NCBI RefSeq assembly: GCF_009914755.1
Contig: NC_060942.1
DNA: 64,000 nt
Direction: 5' to 3' (one strand)
DNA from: the human T2T-CHM13v2.0 reference genome, Homo sapiens
The position numbers were made by a program, and so were the translations under genes. The notes beneath the pieces are model-generated. The model was not told the DNA's origin, did not search any database, and saw only the letters and a program-made list of their open reading frames with translations. Of this stretch, positions 57,658 to 64,000 are shown piece after piece. The first letter of the stretch is position 1, and the number at the start of each line of letters is the position of its first letter.

Positions 57658-59149
57658 AGGTAGAACTTGATGGGGGTGCCACATGACTCCTTCTTGCCCC
57701 AGCCCCACCAGCCCCAGCAGATTGGACCCCAGGAGCGAAGAGGAAGAGATTGACCGTAGCCTATGGTGAGTGATGGATCACGCCCATCTTGTAGTCAGTG
57801 GGCCAGACCTGGTCCCAGCAAGCTAAGCCATGTGAGAGCCATGGTTATAGGGAAACAAGAACCATGAGTAAGCAGAGGAAACTGCTCTTCAGATAAGAGA
57901 GAACGGTCTTGGGAGTTCCAAGAAAAGCAGACAAACAATTAAGTCCTAGAGATTCTTTCCCAATTACTATGAGGAGTCCAGTATTCCCTGTCCATGAGAT
58001 TGCTAATTCCTGCAATGTTCCCCTTCCCCAGGTGAGCTAACCTAAGTACTTTTCTGATCCTTACTACTAAAGAACTTAATACAAAAAAGATTATTTACAT
58101 TTCAACATTGTCAACACTGTCATTAACATTTTTTTCTAAAGTAGTGACCGCTATTCTAGGGGGTAAACTAAAAAAATTTGCTTCACTCACACATGATAGA
58201 GATCCTATCTGATTCATTGTGCCACCTATACTCAGAACAGCACAGACAAGTGTCATTCATTCCCTTTTCTGTCTCTTTGTGACCTTGGGCAAGTTTCACA
58301 TTATGTCAGATGTAAAAAAAAAAAATTATAACTATCTTAAATACCTTACATGACTGGTTAAAATCAAATGAGATAATGTAAATGAAGGTGCTTTGTAAAT
58401 GACAAATTTCTATCAAATATAAGGCATCATTATTGCATGAGCTGAATTAATGCCTAAAGATAATGCTTCTTTCACAGTAGTATGGAAGGAGTGGCAAATA
58501 TTGATACCCCATATTTGCCACTGGATTCATAGACAAAAAACATTATATGTTGAAGGGTACTTGGTCTAAAGCCCTCATTTGTAGTTGAGAATGTCAGGGC
58601 TCAAGTGGGATGACTGGGCCAAGGTCATGTCGTTAAGGAGCGGCATAGCCAGGCAGCCCTCTGGTAATCCAGAATGCCCTACCATTCTCCTTCAAATTCC
58701 ATCCAGTTTGTTCTCCCCGAGTCCCACCTGTGTTAAAATAAACAAGCAAATAGCGCCACAAACAACAACAAAAATTTCCTCTCTGATGCTCTAATGAAAT
58801 TCATCCAAAGATGCAGCAAGTAATTTTTGAGCATCTACCTTGTGTCAGCAGCCATTCTCTCAGGACCTGAGGCAAAAATGTAGGAAAAAAAAAATCAGAA
58901 TGAAATAAATGTCAAGGGCAGTCTTGATTGAATGGCTAACTCACAGTAAGCAAGATATAGCCTGTGGCAAATGTGTAGAAAGGGAAGACTATCCCAGCAT
59001 ATTTTTAGGTTGATAAGTCAAATGGGTATAACTAACTAGCTAGGACCTCAATCTGGAGCCCTACTCACACTGTAAGTCTGAGTCAGAAAGGCAGCTGGCA
59101 ACAGGGATGGGGAGAGCTTCAGCCAGTTTGTGTGAAAGAAGTCCAGAGA

Positions 59150-59545
59150 TTTATGACACACACAGTCCTCTACACACCCCAGGGCCTTTGCATATGCTGG
59201 TCTCTTAATTCTTTCCGTCACTGTTCACAAGGCTAACTCCCTGTCATCCATCCTTCTGGTCTCAGCTTAAACATCACCTCCTCCTACAGACCTTCCTAAC
59301 TATTCTGTCTAAAGTAAGTACTCAATCGTATTATTCTCTGCCATAACATTAGCTTAGGGCCACTGTGCCCAAATGGGATCCTCATGTTGATGCATTTCCT
59401 TTTACATTGACCAGCTCCCTCATCAGACTGTAGACTCCATGATGCCAGAGTACATGAATCTTGTCCACTCCATGTCTCTACACCCATGCAGTGCCTGGCA
59501 CATATAAAGTATTCAATAACTATATGTTAAATAAATGAATGAAGA
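59150..59545 (+). mobile_element. L2 3' end
   Basis: cagggcctttgcatatgctg...agactgtagactccatga...gtgcctggcacata..agtattcaataa..tgttaaataaatgaatgaa. Confidence 0.8.
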
Positions 59546-59855
59546 ATCTGTCTGTACCCTCAAGATGCACACTTTACCCTAAAAAGTGCAGCTTTCATAT
59601 TTTTTCCAGTTTTTCTTGGGGTTTCATTTTAGCTTGATTTCATTGTTAGTAAATGTTGCTGGTGAGTTTGATTTCCAGCAGGCTACTGACTCCTGTCGCT
59701 TAAGCTCTAGACCCTAAAGATGTAAGTACAATAATTGCCTTACTTTACCAAGCCATGGGGACAGTGTCTTCATTATTTTTAATACAATACAAGGTGCTGT
59801 CATCGTACTGCTTCACTATTATAACATTTTAACATTTTACAGAGGAGGAGACTGA

Positions 59856-61410
<1,555 letters not shown>

Positions 61411-61918
61411 TAACCTTGGATCTGTACCTCTAAGCCTCTCTTTTCTCATCTATTAAAAGGGTATAATGCTCTGTCATAAAATTATTATATCAAATTAAAT
61501 ATAAAATACTGGCAAAAGCACTTAGCTCATTCAACAGTTGTAACCTAGTAATTAGGATACATATGCTTTAATGCCACATTTTTCATATGTCGACTAAAGT
61601 GTTAAAACTCAGGAAGTTTGGATCCATTAGCTTTTTTTCACAATGTGTGGAACCTTTAGAATCGTGCATGTGACAACAGTGATCAGATGTGCCTGAGAAG
61701 AACACGTTTCTTTAATGGTCATGAAATTGATTTAGATCAACTTTTTGTTTTTGTTTGTTTGAAGTGAAATGGCATAACGGAAAATACTAACTTGCATCAT
61801 AACAAGAGTATTGCTGATTTACAAAAGTCTTGTTTCAGCTGTATAATATACAGTATAGTACATGCATACTAGGTTATCATAAAAAAAAAAGTTTATAGCC
61901 ACTGCTCAAGTAGATGGG

Positions 61919-62297
61919 TGATATGGTTTGTCTCTGTGTCCCCACCCAAATCTCATGTCAAATTGTAATCCTCAGTGTTGGAGGAGGGGCCTGATGGGAG
62001 GTGATTGAATCATGGGGGCGGACTCCCCTTGCTGTTCTCATAATAGTGAGTGACTTCTCATGAGATCTGGCTGTTTAAACGTATGTAACCCTTCCCCTTC
62101 GCTCTCTCTCTCCTGCTGTGCCATGTGAAGATGTGCCTGCTTCCCCTTTGTCTGCTGTGACTGTAAGTTTCCTGAGGCCTCCCCAGCCATGCATCCTGTA
62201 CAGCCTGTGGAACTGTGAGTCAATTAAACTTCTTTTCTTCATAAATTACCCAGTCTTAGGTAGTTTCTTATAGCAATGTGAGAACAGTCTAATGCAA
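61919..62297 (+). mobile_element. MSTA-like MaLR solo LTR
   Basis: tgatatggtttg..tctgtgtccccacccaaatctcat...aaattacccagtct.aggta; flanked by atggg/atggc. Confidence 0.88.
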
Positions 62298-62477
62298 TGG
62301 CCCTCATTGCTTTGCTAGCAAGGGTATTCATGAAGTCTATTATGGGATTATAATGGAGAGGAGAAAAGAAAGCTAATCATCTTTGCATTCTATTTCTTCT
62401 CAAACTGCATGATATTTCAAACCCGAGAGCTGCTTTCCCCCTTCCCTCTCCCCCAAAGAAAAGGAGATGGTTAAAAA

Positions 62478-62728
62478 GGCTGAGGTGGGCGGATCACCTG
62501 AGGTCAGAAGTTCAAGACCAGCCTGGCCAACATGGTGAAAGCCTGTCTTTACTAAAAAAATACACAAATTAGCTGGGTGTGGTGGTGTGTGCCTGTATCC
62601 CCAGCTACTCAGGAGGCCAAGGCACGAGAATCACTTGAACCTGGGAAGCGGAGGTTGCAGTGAGCCAAGATTGCAGCACTGCACTCCAGCCTGGGTGACA
62701 AAGCAAGACTCTGTCTCAAAAAAAAAAA
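62478..62728 (+). mobile_element. 5'-truncated AluS
   Basis: Alu sequence with poly(A). Confidence 0.9.
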
Positions 62729-63428
62729 GGTAAAAGTTTAAAAAGAGTAAATAATATAGAAGGAATGAAAGAAATTTTGGAAAACAGATAATCTTTTGCC
62801 TATTCCAAAGTGCAGTAAAATAATTGCACTTAATATATCTAATCTGGATTTTAAAATCCTCCAAAAGCTGCCCTCCAACCCCCTCCCCACCTAACTTTTC
62901 CAACTTTATTTCCATATCCTCTCCTAAAGGAAGTCTTTGCTCTAGTCAGTTAAGCATAGGACACATGACATTGAGGACACAAGACATTGAGCAGTTTGTC
63001 TATGAAAAGCACTATGCAAGGGGCAATGAAGAATTCATTCAAGATGAAAAACTGGGGCCCTTAACTTCCCAGCCTTTACATGCTAATGGGTAGGCTAGAC
63101 AAGAATAAATCACCCAAACCCCTGACAAACTATATAGAGAGTTATCAAGTGGTAAAATCATGCCGTAAAACTATAATGCAAGGAGTCATTGCTATCAGCT
63201 GGAGAGATCTTAGAAGGCTTCTTAGAAGAGATGAGACTAGAGTTGAATCTGGAAAGAAAAGTGGTATTCCCATGAAGCAGATAGAGAGAAAAGAATGTCC
63301 TGGGCTGAAGCATTAACTCTGGCAAAGATGAGAAGGCTAGAGAGTAAGGATCTTGTTAGGGTTTGTGAGAAGAACCAAAAGACTAAACTGTTAAAACCCA
63401 GCAAATTTGGATCCATTGGCCTTTTTTC

Positions 63429-63516
63429 TATTTTGTATTTTTTATTTTTTTATTATACTTTAAGTTCTGGGATACATGCACAGAACGCGCAGGTTTGTTA
63501 CATAGGTATACATGTG
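63429..63516 (-). mobile_element. ~90-bp L1PA 3' tip with a perfect 16-bp TSD ccattggccttttttc
   Basis: ttattatactttaagttctgggatacatg...caggtttgttacataggtatacatgtg; TSD at 63413-63428 and 63517-63532. Confidence 0.9.
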
Positions 63517-64000
63517 CCATTGGCCTTTTTTCACAATGCATGGAACCATTAGGATGATCACATGGTGGCAGTGATAAGATGTGCCTGAGAAGAACATTCT
63601 GGAGGCAACATGGAGGATGAATTAAGGTAAAAAGAAACTGAAGGCAGAGACCAGTTAGAAAGCTACTGCAGTTCACTTAACTACTGCTTATGAGATTCTG
63701 AAATAGGGCTGTGGCTATGGCCATGAAAACGAGCATTCAAGAAATGCTGTGTATAGATTAGCAGAAAAGCCATCAGGGTTGCGAAGCAATAGAAAAATCA
63801 ATTCAAACTGGCTTAAATGATAAAGGGCTTGCAAATCCAAAAAGGTTTAGAGCCATCAAATACAGCTCCAGCTTCATTTCTCTACTTTTCTCTCAACTCA
63901 GCCCAATTTTATGTCAGGCTAACTCCCTCATGATACCAAGATGGCTACCAGTAAAAATGGAAGCAATCACTCTTTTGTTTGCCTCTAGACGGAGATAGCT

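Overview
This is primate (almost certainly human) genomic DNA holding the 5' end of TCF4 (E2-2/ITF2/SEF2, class I bHLH, chr18q21) on the minus strand. From high to low coordinates it contains an upstream CpG-island promoter (~54.8-55.2 kb) and a GC-rich first exon (53090-~53681) with an internal donor that gives the MQRAKTELF... N-terminus. Next come the canonical start exon ([24 protein letters not shown], 52103-52174), the intronic CTG18.1 repeat linked to Fuchs endothelial corneal dystrophy, and the next coding exon ([24 protein letters not shown], 50360-50432). The repeat here is a short, interrupted allele: (GAG)6AAG(GAG)6(CAG)7CAC(CAG)9. Positions 1-50359 are one large intron with Alu, L1, L2, MIR and DNA transposon copies; MaLR LTRs lie upstream of the promoters. 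Almost all ORFs in the supplied track are spurious. I see no new gene system. The most notable unexplained structures are a ~480-bp-arm inverted duplication at 59856-61410 with a later Alu in one arm, and two ~100-bp locally templated duplications. There are also AUG-initiated mini-ORFs through CTG18.1 on both strands (poly-Leu sense; poly-Gly/poly-Ala antisense) and spliced uORFs, one running through a 5'UTR GGC repeat. Repeat family names and boundaries are by-eye calls, and percent identities are hand estimates.
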